From a virus (taxonomy: Duplodnaviria; Caudoviricetes): DNA of 30,645 nucleotides. Each line of letters begins with the position of its first letter. Position 1 is the first letter of the stretch. The notes under the pieces were generated by a model, which had not been told where the DNA came from, ran no database searches, and worked only from the letters and a program-made list of their open reading frames with translations. The translations under genes and the position numbers were made by a program. Below, piece after piece: positions 8,859 through 18,884 of this stretch. The DNA lies in IMG/VR virus record IMGVR_UViG_3300033076_000862, positions 1 through 30,645 of that record. One strand, given 5' to 3'.

Positions 8859-9730
8859 TGGGAAGAGTTTCTTTTAGTCAATACTCAATGTGGAGCGGAT
8901 GCCCATATCAGTATAAATTAAATTATATTGATGGGTTATCCATCTCTACATCAAATATCCATTTAGTATTTGGAACTGCAATGCACGAAACACTCCAAAC
9001 TTATTTGGATAAGTGTTTGCGTATTTCTAAATCACAGGCAGATAAACTAATGGATACGAAAGCATTCTTGAAAGAGAAAATGCGTGAGTTATATCTAAAA
9101 GAATCATTAGATGGTACTAATCCAATTTGTACAAAAGAAGAACTAGTAGAGTTTTTAGAAGATGGTAATCTTATATTAGATTATTTTCAAAAACCTAAAA
9201 ACTTCAATAGTTTCTTTTCATTAACAAATGATGAATTGGTAGCAATTGAGCAACCTATTAATACAAAAATAGCTGAGAATGTTCATTTTTTAGGATTCTT
9301 AGATATGGTAGTTAGAAACAAAGTTTCAGGTCGTTATCGTATTATAGATTTCAAAACATCTACTATGGGTTGGAATAAATACCAAAAAGCAGACCCAATT
9401 AAAAACGCACAAATTCTTCTTTATAAAAAATTCTATGCAGAATTATTAAATATCTCAGAGGATATGATTGATGTTGAATTTATCATATTAAAACGTAAAG
9501 TATCAGAATCTACTGATTATACAATACCTCGTATTTCTAAACACGTTCCAGCAAGTGGTAAACCATCTGTGAACAAAGCATGGACTTCTTTTAAAGAATT
9601 TGTAGATAGTGTATTTGATGAAAATGGTGAATACAGACAAGTAGATTTTCCAAAAAATCCTGGTAATAACAAAAAGAATTGTAAATGGTGTGAGTTCTCT
9701 CAAAGAGGTTTATGTGATGGAAAAATCTAA
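8858..9730 (+). CDS. PD-(D/E)XK RecB/Cas4-like nuclease with four-cysteine (Fe-S staple-like) arrangement
   Basis: GTG start overlaps the upstream TAG. Motifs SFSQ...CP, GTAMH, GFLD, IIDFKT, QILLY and C-terminal CKWC...C. Confidence 0.85.
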   Translation: MGRVSFSQYSMWSGCPYQYKLNYIDGLSISTSNIHLVFGTAMHETLQTYLDKCLRISKSQADKLMDTKAFLKEKMRELYLKESLDGTNPICTKEELVEFLEDGNLILDYFQKPKNFNSFFSLTNDELVAIEQPINTKIAENVHFLGFLDMVVRNKVSGRYRIIDFKTSTMGWNKYQKADPIKNAQILLYKKFYAELLNISEDMIDVEFIILKRKVSESTDYTIPRISKHVPASGKPSVNKAWTSFKEFVDSVFDENGEYRQVDFPKNPGNNKKNCKWCEFSQRGLCDGKI

Positions 9731-9762
9731 ATTTCCAATACATATAATTATAAACAAAAGTT

Positions 9763-11142
9763 ATGGCAAAAAAGAAAATACTATTATTATCGGATGACCT
9801 CCGAATGGCTAGTGGAATAGCCAACGTTTCCAAACAATTAGTTATGGGAACTGTTGATAAGTACGATTGGGTACAATTAGGAGCAGCAATTAAACATCCA
9901 GAAGCAGGTAAAGTTTTAGATTTGAATGAAGATGTTCGTAAAAGAACAGGAGTTGCAGACGCATCTGTTAAAATCTATCCATCAGATGGTTATGGTAATC
10001 CAGATATTATTCGTCAGTTATTGATGATGGAACAACCTGATGCAATTCTACACTTTACAGACCCGAGATATTGGATTTGGTTGTATGAAATGGAACATGA
10101 AGTTCGTCAATCAGTACCTTTGTTCTTTTATCACATTTGGGATGATTTACCAGACCCAAAATATAACAGAAATTACTATGAAAGTTGTGATTGGATTGGT
10201 TGTATTTCAAAACAAACTTATGGTATTACTAAAAGAGTTTGGGGTTGGGATAAAGAAAAACATTGGAAAGCACCTGCCGATTGGCAAGTAAGTTATGTAC
10301 CACATGGTATCAATTCCGATTTATACAAACCGGTTGAAGTTCCAAAAGAATTTAAACAATCAATCTTTGGTGATAAAGAATATGATTTTGTACTATATTG
10401 GTCAAATCGTAATATTAGAAGAAAACAACCAATTGATGTTATATTGGCATTTGATAAATTCAGAGAAGCGTTAGCACCTGAACATAGAGATAAAGTATGT
10501 TTAGTAATGCACACACAACCTGTGGATGAAAATGGTACAGATTTACCAACGGTTGTTGAACATTGTGCACCTGAATCAAATGTAATATTTGCACCAGAAC
10601 GTTATACGGAAGAAGAATTAAATTATCTTTATAATATGGCAGATGTAACAATCAATATCGCATCTAACGAAGGATTTGGTTTAGCAACTGCGGAATCTGT
10701 AATGGCCGGTACTCCTATCATTGTAAGTGTTAGTGGTGGTATGCAAGACCAATGTGGATTCAGAGATATTGCAAATGGTAATTTATTAACCGCTGAAGAT
10801 TATGTAAAGATTGGTTCATTACACGATAGACATAAAAAAGCAGGTGTAGTTTGGGGAGATTGGGTTAAACCAATTTGGCCAGTTCGTTCAACAACAGGTT
10901 CAGTACCTACTCCATACATTTTTGATGATAGAGTTGATTTTGAAGATGTAGCACCATTAATTATGGATTGGTATAAAACACCTAAAGAAGATAGAAAAGC
11001 AGCAGCATTAAAAGGTAGAAAATGGATGTTGGGAGATGGGTTGTTAAGTAGAGAAGCTATGTGTAAAACATTAGTTGATGGTATGGAAGGAGCATTTGAA
11101 AATTGGAAACCAAGAAAAAAATTCGAGTTATATAATATATGA
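9763..11142 (+). CDS. Glycosyltransferase, GT-B fold (GT4-like)
   Basis: KILLLSDD...SGIA, VPHGI, NRNIRRK, NEGFGLATAESVMAGTPII. Confidence 0.9.
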   Translation: MAKKKILLLSDDLRMASGIANVSKQLVMGTVDKYDWVQLGAAIKHPEAGKVLDLNEDVRKRTGVADASVKIYPSDGYGNPDIIRQLLMMEQPDAILHFTDPRYWIWLYEMEHEVRQSVPLFFYHIWDDLPDPKYNRNYYESCDWIGCISKQTYGITKRVWGWDKEKHWKAPADWQVSYVPHGINSDLYKPVEVPKEFKQSIFGDKEYDFVLYWSNRNIRRKQPIDVILAFDKFREALAPEHRDKVCLVMHTQPVDENGTDLPTVVEHCAPESNVIFAPERYTEEELNYLYNMADVTINIASNEGFGLATAESVMAGTPIIVSVSGGMQDQCGFRDIANGNLLTAEDYVKIGSLHDRHKKAGVVWGDWVKPIWPVRSTTGSVPTPYIFDDRVDFEDVAPLIMDWYKTPKEDRKAAALKGRKWMLGDGLLSREAMCKTLVDGMEGAFENWKPRKKFELYNI

Positions 11143-12407
11143 AACCAACATTAGTATTTCAGGCGCCAGTATCCACAAGAAGTGGGTACGGTGACCACGC
11201 TAGAGATTTATTACATTCTCTTTATAAATTAGATAAATTTGATATTAAAATTATTAGCACTCGTTGGGGACAAACCCCAATGGATGCTCTTAATTATGAT
11301 AATGAATTTCATAAATGGGTTGTGGATAATATGATTCCAGGTATTCAAGAAAAACCAGACATTTATATTCAAGTAACAGTTCCAAATGAATTTCAACCAG
11401 TTGGATTTTATAATATAGGTATTACTGCAGCAATTGAAACAACTCACTCTCCAATTGAATGGGTACATGGGTGTAACAGAATGGATTTAATTATAGTTCC
11501 ATCGGAACATTCTAAAAAGAGTTTAGTTGATTCAGTTTATAATGAAGCAGATAAACAAACTGGTCAATTAATTGCACAACATAAAATTCAAAAACCAATT
11601 GAAGTTCTTTTTGAAGGATTTAATGAAAATTTTGGAACAAATGCAGTAAGAACAGTTTCCGAATTAGATTCAATCAAAGAAGATTTTGCATTCTTATTCG
11701 TAGGACATTGGTTAAGAGGTGATTTGGGTGAGGACAGAAAGAATGTGGGTATGATGATTAAAACTTTTGCAATGGCATTTAAGAATGAAAAGGTTAAACC
11801 TGCATTAGTTCTTAAAACATCATCGGCAGGTTTTAGTGTATTGGATAGAGAAGCAACTATTAAGAAAATAAGAGAATGCTTGGGAAAAGATTATGGTTCA
11901 GTTCCTGTATATTTGTTACATGGTGATTTATCAGAAGCCGAAATGAATGGATTATATGAACACCCAAAGGTAAAAGCAATGTTAAACTTTACAAAAGGTG
12001 AAGGATTTGGTAGACCATTATTAGAATTCAGTTTGACCGGAAAACCTATTATTGTAAGTGGATGGTCTGGTCATTTAGATTTCTTAAAAAGTGGAGCAGT
12101 ATTATTAGAAGGTGAATTGAAAGAAGTACACGAATCAGCTGCAGACCAATTCTTATTAAAAGAAGCAAAGTGGTTTAATGTTAATATTTCAAAAGCATTA
12201 AGTAAAATTAAAGATGTATTTAAAAATTACGATAAATACAAACCCGCTGCATTCCAATTAGGAAAACAAAATAAACAAAATTTTAGTTTAGAAAAAATGA
12301 CAAAAGATTTTGATACTATTTTGAATCATTATTCGGTATATACTAAACTACAACCAAAGTTCCAACAATTGCAATTACCAAAATTAAAAATGTTAAATAA
12401 GAAATAA
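11139..12407 (+). CDS. Glycosyltransferase, GT-B fold (GT4-like)
   Basis: SGYG, IVPSEHSK, FLFVGHW, RKNV, GEGFGRPLLEFSLTGKPII. Confidence 0.88.
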   Translation: MKPTLVFQAPVSTRSGYGDHARDLLHSLYKLDKFDIKIISTRWGQTPMDALNYDNEFHKWVVDNMIPGIQEKPDIYIQVTVPNEFQPVGFYNIGITAAIETTHSPIEWVHGCNRMDLIIVPSEHSKKSLVDSVYNEADKQTGQLIAQHKIQKPIEVLFEGFNENFGTNAVRTVSELDSIKEDFAFLFVGHWLRGDLGEDRKNVGMMIKTFAMAFKNEKVKPALVLKTSSAGFSVLDREATIKKIRECLGKDYGSVPVYLLHGDLSEAEMNGLYEHPKVKAMLNFTKGEGFGRPLLEFSLTGKPIIVSGWSGHLDFLKSGAVLLEGELKEVHESAADQFLLKEAKWFNVNISKALSKIKDVFKNYDKYKPAAFQLGKQNKQNFSLEKMTKDFDTILNHYSVYTKLQPKFQQLQLPKLKMLNKK

Positions 12408-13006
12408 TGAATATTTTAATAGTAGCATCTAGGAGAAGTGGTGGATATACTATTGCCAATTGGATAAGAAAAGAATTGGCATATGGTGAAAAATCTGAAA
12501 ATAACAATGTATCCGGAATACTTTATGATTTAATCATAGACCCATCCACTACATTTAAAAAAACGGATAAAGAATTTTACGATTTGGAAAACACAATTGT
12601 ATTAATGCACTATGATGAATATAAAGATTTTGTAGAAGAAAACTCATTTTTTCCAGAAGAACGATTTGATTTTACGATTTGTTTAAAAAGAAAAGGATTC
12701 AAAGAGCAAGCTGAAAGTATATTGTTTAATATTGATAAGGGAATTTTAACAAGACCATATATTATACCAAAAGAATGGTTAGAAGAAAACGAAGTTCAAA
12801 TCAATGAATTAGCTGAACAACTTGAAGAAGAATATTCGGAAATGGCAACTGTATTTGGATTGCATGTAACATATGAATCATTATTTTCAGGAATATTTCC
12901 AGAAGAATTATGGAATTTAACATCTTATTTAGGATTATCAACTTACCACTATTGGTCAATCAAACCAAACTTTAAATTTAGAAGAAATAACATAGCATTA
13001 ATATGA
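12407..13006 (+). CDS. Sulfotransferase-like protein (divergent)
   Basis: N-terminal ILIVASRRSGG resembles the 5'-PSB loop (xRSGS/T), LKRK...QAES resembles the 3'-PB motif, and VTYESL resembles the YEDL motif. All motifs are degenerate. Confidence 0.45.
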   Translation: MNILIVASRRSGGYTIANWIRKELAYGEKSENNNVSGILYDLIIDPSTTFKKTDKEFYDLENTIVLMHYDEYKDFVEENSFFPEERFDFTICLKRKGFKEQAESILFNIDKGILTRPYIIPKEWLEENEVQINELAEQLEEEYSEMATVFGLHVTYESLFSGIFPEELWNLTSYLGLSTYHYWSIKPNFKFRRNNIALI

Positions 13007-13650
13007 TTTGGATATTTGGTGATTCATTTAGTTGCAGGTTTGAAAGACATTTGGAATTAAAAAACGAATGGGCAATAGAATATTGTGATTTTAAAAAAAA
13101 AGTACCAAAAACATTTGGTGATATAGTTGGTGATAGTTTAAAATCAAATGTAACCAATTTATCAAAAGCAGGTTCTGATAATTATTCCATATTTCATTCT
13201 TTTATTAAATCAATCGATGATATAAAAGAAAATGATGTTGTTATTTTTATGTGGTCAAGTGCATTAAGATATAGATTATCAGGCAAACATAATGAATTTT
13301 TATCAATTGTTCCGGAAACAGATTTAAATAGATTAAAAAATGAAGATTTAATTGATGAATATTTTTCTCAATCTACATTGGATGATTTATTATTAAATAG
13401 AAACCATAAAATGTTTTATGATGAGATAAATGATTTTATTAAAATAATACGAAAATCTATTAAAAATAAAAATTTATATCATTTATCTGGATTTCATTAT
13501 GTTAGAGATGAAATTAATGAAATAGAAAATGTATCTCCTGGTACAATTTCAATGGAAACAAATAATAACATCAAAAATGAACACTTTGGTGAGATGGGGC
13601 ATTTTAGTCTTGCTACATATTTATTAAAAAAGATAAGAGCAAATGAGTAA
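13003..13650 (+). CDS. SGNH/GDSL hydrolase-like protein
   Basis: IFGDSFS, NLSKAGSDN, C-terminal NEHFGEMGH. Confidence 0.6.
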   Translation: MIWIFGDSFSCRFERHLELKNEWAIEYCDFKKKVPKTFGDIVGDSLKSNVTNLSKAGSDNYSIFHSFIKSIDDIKENDVVIFMWSSALRYRLSGKHNEFLSIVPETDLNRLKNEDLIDEYFSQSTLDDLLLNRNHKMFYDEINDFIKIIRKSIKNKNLYHLSGFHYVRDEINEIENVSPGTISMETNNNIKNEHFGEMGHFSLATYLLKKIRANE

Positions 13651-14143
13651 TTTTAACCCATTATATAGAAGATTTATTGATGATTCAAATAAAGTTACTC
13701 CTAATCAAATGGTTAGGGGTAATTTTTATATTATCAAAGAATACGAATATGTAGATGGGCATAAAGGTAATTATTCTGAAACAACTGCACCTATAATTTA
13801 TACTTTATTTGTATCAAAAGCAAAAGATATAGTTCATGCAATTAAAGTATCAAATGTGAATCCACAATTGATAAAAAAGTTTTTTGGTAAATTTGTAAAT
13901 GAAGAAACTGAATTAAAAATCAAAGGAGGTGCTAAAAATTTTTATGAAAAAATAGTAAGTTCTGTACCTGTAATATCAAATGATTCATATAGGACATATA
14001 AATTAAGTGGATTAGGTAAGATTACACATATTAATATGGACAATACTCAATTAGTTCCTAAAAATAAATTACCAAAACCAATAATTCAATCCACTTCATT
14101 AAAAAATCAACCAACAAATAATTCGTTATTAAAAGAACAATAA
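13643..14143 (+). CDS. Hypothetical basic protein (weak resemblance to T4 gp2-type DNA end protector family)
   Basis: 166-aa ORF overlapping the upstream stop. APIIYTLFV...VHAIKVSNVNP and YRTYKLS only loosely recall gp2-like patterns. Confidence 0.55.
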   Translation: MSNFNPLYRRFIDDSNKVTPNQMVRGNFYIIKEYEYVDGHKGNYSETTAPIIYTLFVSKAKDIVHAIKVSNVNPQLIKKFFGKFVNEETELKIKGGAKNFYEKIVSSVPVISNDSYRTYKLSGLGKITHINMDNTQLVPKNKLPKPIIQSTSLKNQPTNNSLLKEQ

Positions 14144-14145
14144 TT

Positions 14146-14622
14146 ATGACTTCAAAAGAATATGTTATATGGCTTAAAGGTTTTGTAGAAGCATGTCATG
14201 AATATGCACCAACACCCAAACAATGGGATACTTTGAAAGATAAATTGGCAGAGGTTAAGGATGAACCAACGCCATCATTACCATTTGGAACTCCAAACAA
14301 TGCACCATTTATTCAACCAATTACACCACACCCATTTCCAACTTGGCAACAACCACATTACAAATACCCATCGGATATTAATAAGGTAACTTGTGAAGAT
14401 AACTCTGGTGTAATACTAACAACATCATCTGGTAGTAGTGGAACTATTACATATAATCCATCTACAACAACACGATGGAATCCAAGTGGTTCTAATTGGA
14501 GTTATACCAATAATACAGGAGGCAACAGATGGAACGAATACCAATCAACAATGGCACAATATAGACCATACCAACCATACACAACTGGTGGAGAAGACGA
14601 AGTTATAAAAACAGAAGAATAA
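14146..14622 (+). CDS. Hypothetical protein with short helical N-terminus and P/T/S/N-rich low-complexity tail
   Basis: 158-aa ATG ORF, TAATG-coupled to the next gene. Confidence 0.65.
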   Translation: MTSKEYVIWLKGFVEACHEYAPTPKQWDTLKDKLAEVKDEPTPSLPFGTPNNAPFIQPITPHPFPTWQQPHYKYPSDINKVTCEDNSGVILTTSSGSSGTITYNPSTTTRWNPSGSNWSYTNNTGGNRWNEYQSTMAQYRPYQPYTTGGEDEVIKTEE

Positions 14623-15245
14623 TGAAAATAAGTTACGCAATTACAGTATGTAATGAATTTGATGAAACGATTAAATTACTTACTCAATTATTAAACTACA
14701 AAGGAGAAAATTCAGAAGTAGTAGTACTATTGGATACACCCAAAGCACAACCAGAATTATTAGAATATTTGGAATTACAGGCAAATGCTGATAAAATCAC
14801 ATTGATTGAATCTGAATTTGATAATGATTTTGCACAATGGAAAAACTTATTAAACTCACAATGTAAAGGTGAGTGGATTTTTCAATTGGATGCGGATGAA
14901 TTATTGGATGAGAATTTAATTGTTAATTTGGAAGAAATTTTAGATGCAAACATCGATAAAGATTTGATATTAGTTCCACGTATAAACATAGTAAATGGTT
15001 TAACGGATGAACATATTAAACGATGGGGATGGCAAGTAAATGAAAAAGGTTGGGTTAATTTTCCAGATGCACAGACTCGTATTTACAAAAATAAACCAAC
15101 TATTGGTTGGAGTGGTAAAGTGCATGAAAGAATAGGTGGGTTTGAATCTTACACAAATTTACCTGGTGATGAGGTGTATTGTATCAAACACATCAAAGAA
15201 ATTTCAAGACAAGAAAAACAAAATAGTTACTACGATACTTTATGA
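14622..15245 (+). CDS. Glycosyltransferase family 2 (GT-A)
   Basis: ISYAITVCNE, DFAQWKN, WIFQLDADE, PDAQTRIY, WSGKVHE. Confidence 0.9.
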   Translation: MKISYAITVCNEFDETIKLLTQLLNYKGENSEVVVLLDTPKAQPELLEYLELQANADKITLIESEFDNDFAQWKNLLNSQCKGEWIFQLDADELLDENLIVNLEEILDANIDKDLILVPRINIVNGLTDEHIKRWGWQVNEKGWVNFPDAQTRIYKNKPTIGWSGKVHERIGGFESYTNLPGDEVYCIKHIKEISRQEKQNSYYDTL

Positions 15246-16105
15246 AAATAACATTCATATATGATTACAAAGATGGTGAGACATGGTCTACACCATTAGC
15301 ACTTCTAAACGAATTCAAAGAAAGAGGGTGGGAAACAGAAATAATCAAAACAAACGATACGGATTTAAAAAATTGGGTAGATTCCAAACCACAGACTGAT
15401 ATAGTATTGTTTATGGATTGGGGTAGATTTGATTCACAATATCTCAATAAGGATTTAGTACCTGCATTTTGGATACAAGAAAGTGGAGATGACCCACAGA
15501 ATTTTGAAAGAAATTCTCCAAAAGCAGATAGATTCCACTACACCATTACTCCTGATAAACAATGTGCAGAAGAGTATAAGAAAAGAGGTATAAATGCCGA
15601 ATGGATAACTCACTTTGCAGATACGGCAGTTCAATTCCCTATGAATTTAGAACCAAAGCATGTGGCAGTTACATCGAGAGGAATTGGTAATTCAGCATTT
15701 TTGGATTATATTACACATTGGGCAGAGGGAGCAATTGGTAATAGAAATGGATTAGATGCAAAAGAACATACAGAATTCTTAAATACCGGATTAATGGTAA
15801 TTCAAAATAGTAGATGGAAAGAAATTACTCGTAGAATATTTGAAGGAATGGCTTGTGGTAAAATGGTATTAACCGATAACCTACCACCAGAGACAGGATT
15901 AAGAGATATGTTTATAGATGGAGTAGATATTGTTTACTACGATGATATGTTTGATTGTATAGAAAAGATGAATTTCTACAATGAAAACGAAGAGGAGAGA
16001 GAAAGAATTGCTCACAATGGAATGATGAAAGTGTTACACAACTACACACAAATACAAGTGGTAGATAAACTAATAAACGAATGGAAAAATTACCAATCAG
16101 TATAG
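15242..16105 (+). CDS. CgeB-like GT-B glycosyltransferase
   Basis: GDDP, RRIFEGMACGKMVLTD, ERERIAHNG...HNYT: the typical C-terminal pattern of CgeB/Glyco_trans_1_2 proteins. Confidence 0.75.
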   Translation: MKITFIYDYKDGETWSTPLALLNEFKERGWETEIIKTNDTDLKNWVDSKPQTDIVLFMDWGRFDSQYLNKDLVPAFWIQESGDDPQNFERNSPKADRFHYTITPDKQCAEEYKKRGINAEWITHFADTAVQFPMNLEPKHVAVTSRGIGNSAFLDYITHWAEGAIGNRNGLDAKEHTEFLNTGLMVIQNSRWKEITRRIFEGMACGKMVLTDNLPPETGLRDMFIDGVDIVYYDDMFDCIEKMNFYNENEEERERIAHNGMMKVLHNYTQIQVVDKLINEWKNYQSV

Positions 16106-16821
16106 GAATATTGGCGTGGCATAGTGGACAAGTATTAGTTGATACTTTAACCACATATCATAATAACGGATTATTTGATATAGTAAATGATACTACAATA
16201 TTATTTCAAGAAGTAACTTCACAAGATATAGAGATTGCTTCGCATTTTGGAATAGATTGTATTGGGTTACAACAAAACATAGGAATAGGACAAGCATTTA
16301 TTAGATTAACTGAAAATGCACAATCGGATTATGTGTTAGTATTAGAACATGATTGGAATTTAATTGAGAATGTGGAAACTACATATCAAACATTGGAACG
16401 TAGTTATAAAGCAATAGAAATGGGATTAGACGTAGTTCGTTTAAGACATAGAAAACATCCAGGTAATCCACATTTTTCATTTAGACATCAAGGTAAAGAA
16501 CTTACATACTATGATGATGAAATTGGTTGTACATCACCCCATCTTTTAGATTCAGTTCATTGGTGTGAACCTGATGTTGAATTTCCAGAATTTATTAAGA
16601 AAAGTGAAGATATGTTCCATACAACATCTCGATATGGAAATTGGACAAATAACCCTTGTTTATACAAAAAACAATTTTATTTAGATACGGTTAAACCATT
16701 TGCAGGTGAAGGTATTGGATTAGAGGGGAATATCAGTAAATGGTGGGCACAACAACAATTTAAAGTTGGACACAACGAAGGTTTATTTAAACACAACGAT
16801 TGGGCAAAATACGGAAGATAA
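16081..16821 (+). CDS. Putative GT-A fold glycosyltransferase
   Basis: ISIGILAW, NIGIGQA, DYVLVLEHDW (DXD-equivalent), WTNNPCLY. Confidence 0.65.
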   Translation: MEKLPISIGILAWHSGQVLVDTLTTYHNNGLFDIVNDTTILFQEVTSQDIEIASHFGIDCIGLQQNIGIGQAFIRLTENAQSDYVLVLEHDWNLIENVETTYQTLERSYKAIEMGLDVVRLRHRKHPGNPHFSFRHQGKELTYYDDEIGCTSPHLLDSVHWCEPDVEFPEFIKKSEDMFHTTSRYGNWTNNPCLYKKQFYLDTVKPFAGEGIGLEGNISKWWAQQQFKVGHNEGLFKHNDWAKYGR

Positions 16822-18191
16822 TGACAAAATTAATTATATTTGATTTAGATGGTGTATTGGTAGAAGCAAAGCAAATACACTTTGATACTTTAAACAAAGC
16901 ACTTTGGGAAATAGGACAAAGTAACAAATATGTTATATCTGAAGCAGAGCATCTTTCTATATACGATGGATTAAAAACTAATCAAAAATTAGAACTACTT
17001 ACTCAAAATAAAGGATTACATCCAAACACATACGAAACGGTTTGGAATAGAAAACAACAACTTACAATTGAGGCAATATCCGAATTACAACCGGATTTGG
17101 ATAAGATTGAGTTGTTTAAAGAATTGAGAAATAGAGGATACCAATTGGCAGTTGCATCAAACTCAATCAGACGTTCGGTGTTGGTTATGTTAGCTAAGAT
17201 AGGTATAATTGAGTATATGGATTTAATCATCTCTAATGAGGATGTAAAGAACTCTAAACCGCATCCTGAGATGTATTGGAAGGCAATGAGTATGATGGGA
17301 GTTCTACCGGAAGAAACTCTAATTGTAGAAGATTCACCACATGGGTTATTAGCAGCAAGTAGAAGTAGAGCAAATATTTTAAGAGTAAATTCTCCAAAAG
17401 ACTTGGATTTAACAAAAATTATTAGTAAATTAGACGAAACAAAACATACTATGAGCATACCAAAATGGCAAGGAGGGAAACTTAATGTTCTTATCCCAAT
17501 GGCAGGAGCAGGAAGCAGATTCCAACAAGCAGGTTACACATTTCCAAAACCACTAATAGATGTGGATGGAAAACCTATGATTCAAACAGTTGTAGATAAT
17601 CTTAATATTGAAGCAACTTACATCTTTGTAGTTCAAAAAGAACACAGAGCAAAATACAATTTAGATACTCTTTTAAATCTAATCACTCCTAATTGTAAAA
17701 TTGTGGAAGTTGATGGTATTACAGAGGGTGCAGTATGTACTACTTTATTAGCAAAAGAATACATAGATTCGGATACACCATTAGTTATGGCAAATTCTGA
17801 CCAATTTTTAGAATGGGATTCAAATGAGTTTATGTACAAAATGATTGAACAAAAAGTAGATGGTGGAATTGTATCATTTACTGCAACACATCCTAAATGG
17901 AGTTTTGCAAAAATAGATGAAAAAGGATATGTTACAGAAGTAGCTGAAAAAAACCCAATTTCAGATATTGCAACAGTTGGTGTTTATTATTGGGGTAAAG
18001 GTTCTGATTATGTTAAATACGCAGAGCAAATGATAGATAAAAACATTAGAGTAAATAATGAATTTTATGTTTGTCCAGTATTTAACGAAGCAATTGCAGA
18101 TTGTAAAATAATTAAAACATTCCATATTGAAAAAATGTGGGGATTAGGAACACCTGAGGATTTAAAATACTATTTAGAAAATCATAAATAA
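16821..18191 (+). CDS. Bifunctional HAD-family phosphatase / sugar-phosphate nucleotidyltransferase fusion
   Basis: ATG at 16821 overlaps the upstream TAA and is more likely than 16800. HAD domain: FDLDGVL, ASNS, KPHP, VEDS. Nucleotidyltransferase domain: LIPMAGAGSRF, PKPLI, ANSD, VAEK, GLGTPEDL. Confidence 0.9.
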   Translation: MTKLIIFDLDGVLVEAKQIHFDTLNKALWEIGQSNKYVISEAEHLSIYDGLKTNQKLELLTQNKGLHPNTYETVWNRKQQLTIEAISELQPDLDKIELFKELRNRGYQLAVASNSIRRSVLVMLAKIGIIEYMDLIISNEDVKNSKPHPEMYWKAMSMMGVLPEETLIVEDSPHGLLAASRSRANILRVNSPKDLDLTKIISKLDETKHTMSIPKWQGGKLNVLIPMAGAGSRFQQAGYTFPKPLIDVDGKPMIQTVVDNLNIEATYIFVVQKEHRAKYNLDTLLNLITPNCKIVEVDGITEGAVCTTLLAKEYIDSDTPLVMANSDQFLEWDSNEFMYKMIEQKVDGGIVSFTATHPKWSFAKIDEKGYVTEVAEKNPISDIATVGVYYWGKGSDYVKYAEQMIDKNIRVNNEFYVCPVFNEAIADCKIIKTFHIEKMWGLGTPEDLKYYLENHK

Positions 18192-18883
18192 TGAAAGTAG
18201 CATTACTATTAACCGGATTACCTAGAAAAATTGAAGAAGGATATGAAAGAACTTGGAAAACTATTATAGAAAAATATGAAACAGATGTTTATTTACATAG
18301 TTGGAAAGATGAAGAATGGCAAAAAGTAAGTGAAATATATCCCAACGCTAAATCTATACAAATACAAGAACCATTTAAATTTACAAAATATAAAAATGGT
18401 ATAAAATTACCGCATAAAGATACATCAAGACCATTACCACAATATGATGTAATGAGTTGTTTCAGACAATTACCAATGTTTTATAGTTGGCAAATGGGAT
18501 ATAGACCGTTATACGATTCTATGATTGAGTATGATGTTGTGATTCGTAGTAGATATGATATGGCAATAATGAATGAATTTAATTTACAAGATTTTAATAT
18601 GGATGAAATAAATCATTCATCCGTAAATCCTGCATTTTTTGATGACAATATCTGCATTACTAATAAAAATAATAGTGATATTTTATTTAAAAACATATTT
18701 GATGATGTTATAGAATATGGTAGAGAAACCGGAATATTAAATAATGCAGAAAGTAGTTGGACATCTATTTTGAACAAAAAAAATTTGGATGTTATTTCAA
18801 AAAAACACGATTCTTTAAATTTCTTTTTATTAAGAGATGATTTGTTGTGGTGGGGAGATGAACATGGGAATATAATTGAATAA
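18191..18883 (+). CDS. Uncharacterised polysaccharide-locus-type protein (RxRxD motif; possible glycosyltransferase)
   Basis: KVALLLTGLPR, DVYLHSW, YDVVIRSRYD; similar layout to 21655..22326. Confidence 0.55.
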   Translation: MKVALLLTGLPRKIEEGYERTWKTIIEKYETDVYLHSWKDEEWQKVSEIYPNAKSIQIQEPFKFTKYKNGIKLPHKDTSRPLPQYDVMSCFRQLPMFYSWQMGYRPLYDSMIEYDVVIRSRYDMAIMNEFNLQDFNMDEINHSSVNPAFFDDNICITNKNNSDILFKNIFDDVIEYGRETGILNNAESSWTSILNKKNLDVISKKHDSLNFFLLRDDLLWWGDEHGNIIE

Positions 18884-18884
18884 T

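Noticed and set aside
8858-9730. CRISPR-Cas locus suggested by the Cas4-like gene
   Set aside because: No repeat-spacer array and no cas1/cas2 or effector genes seen in the window.
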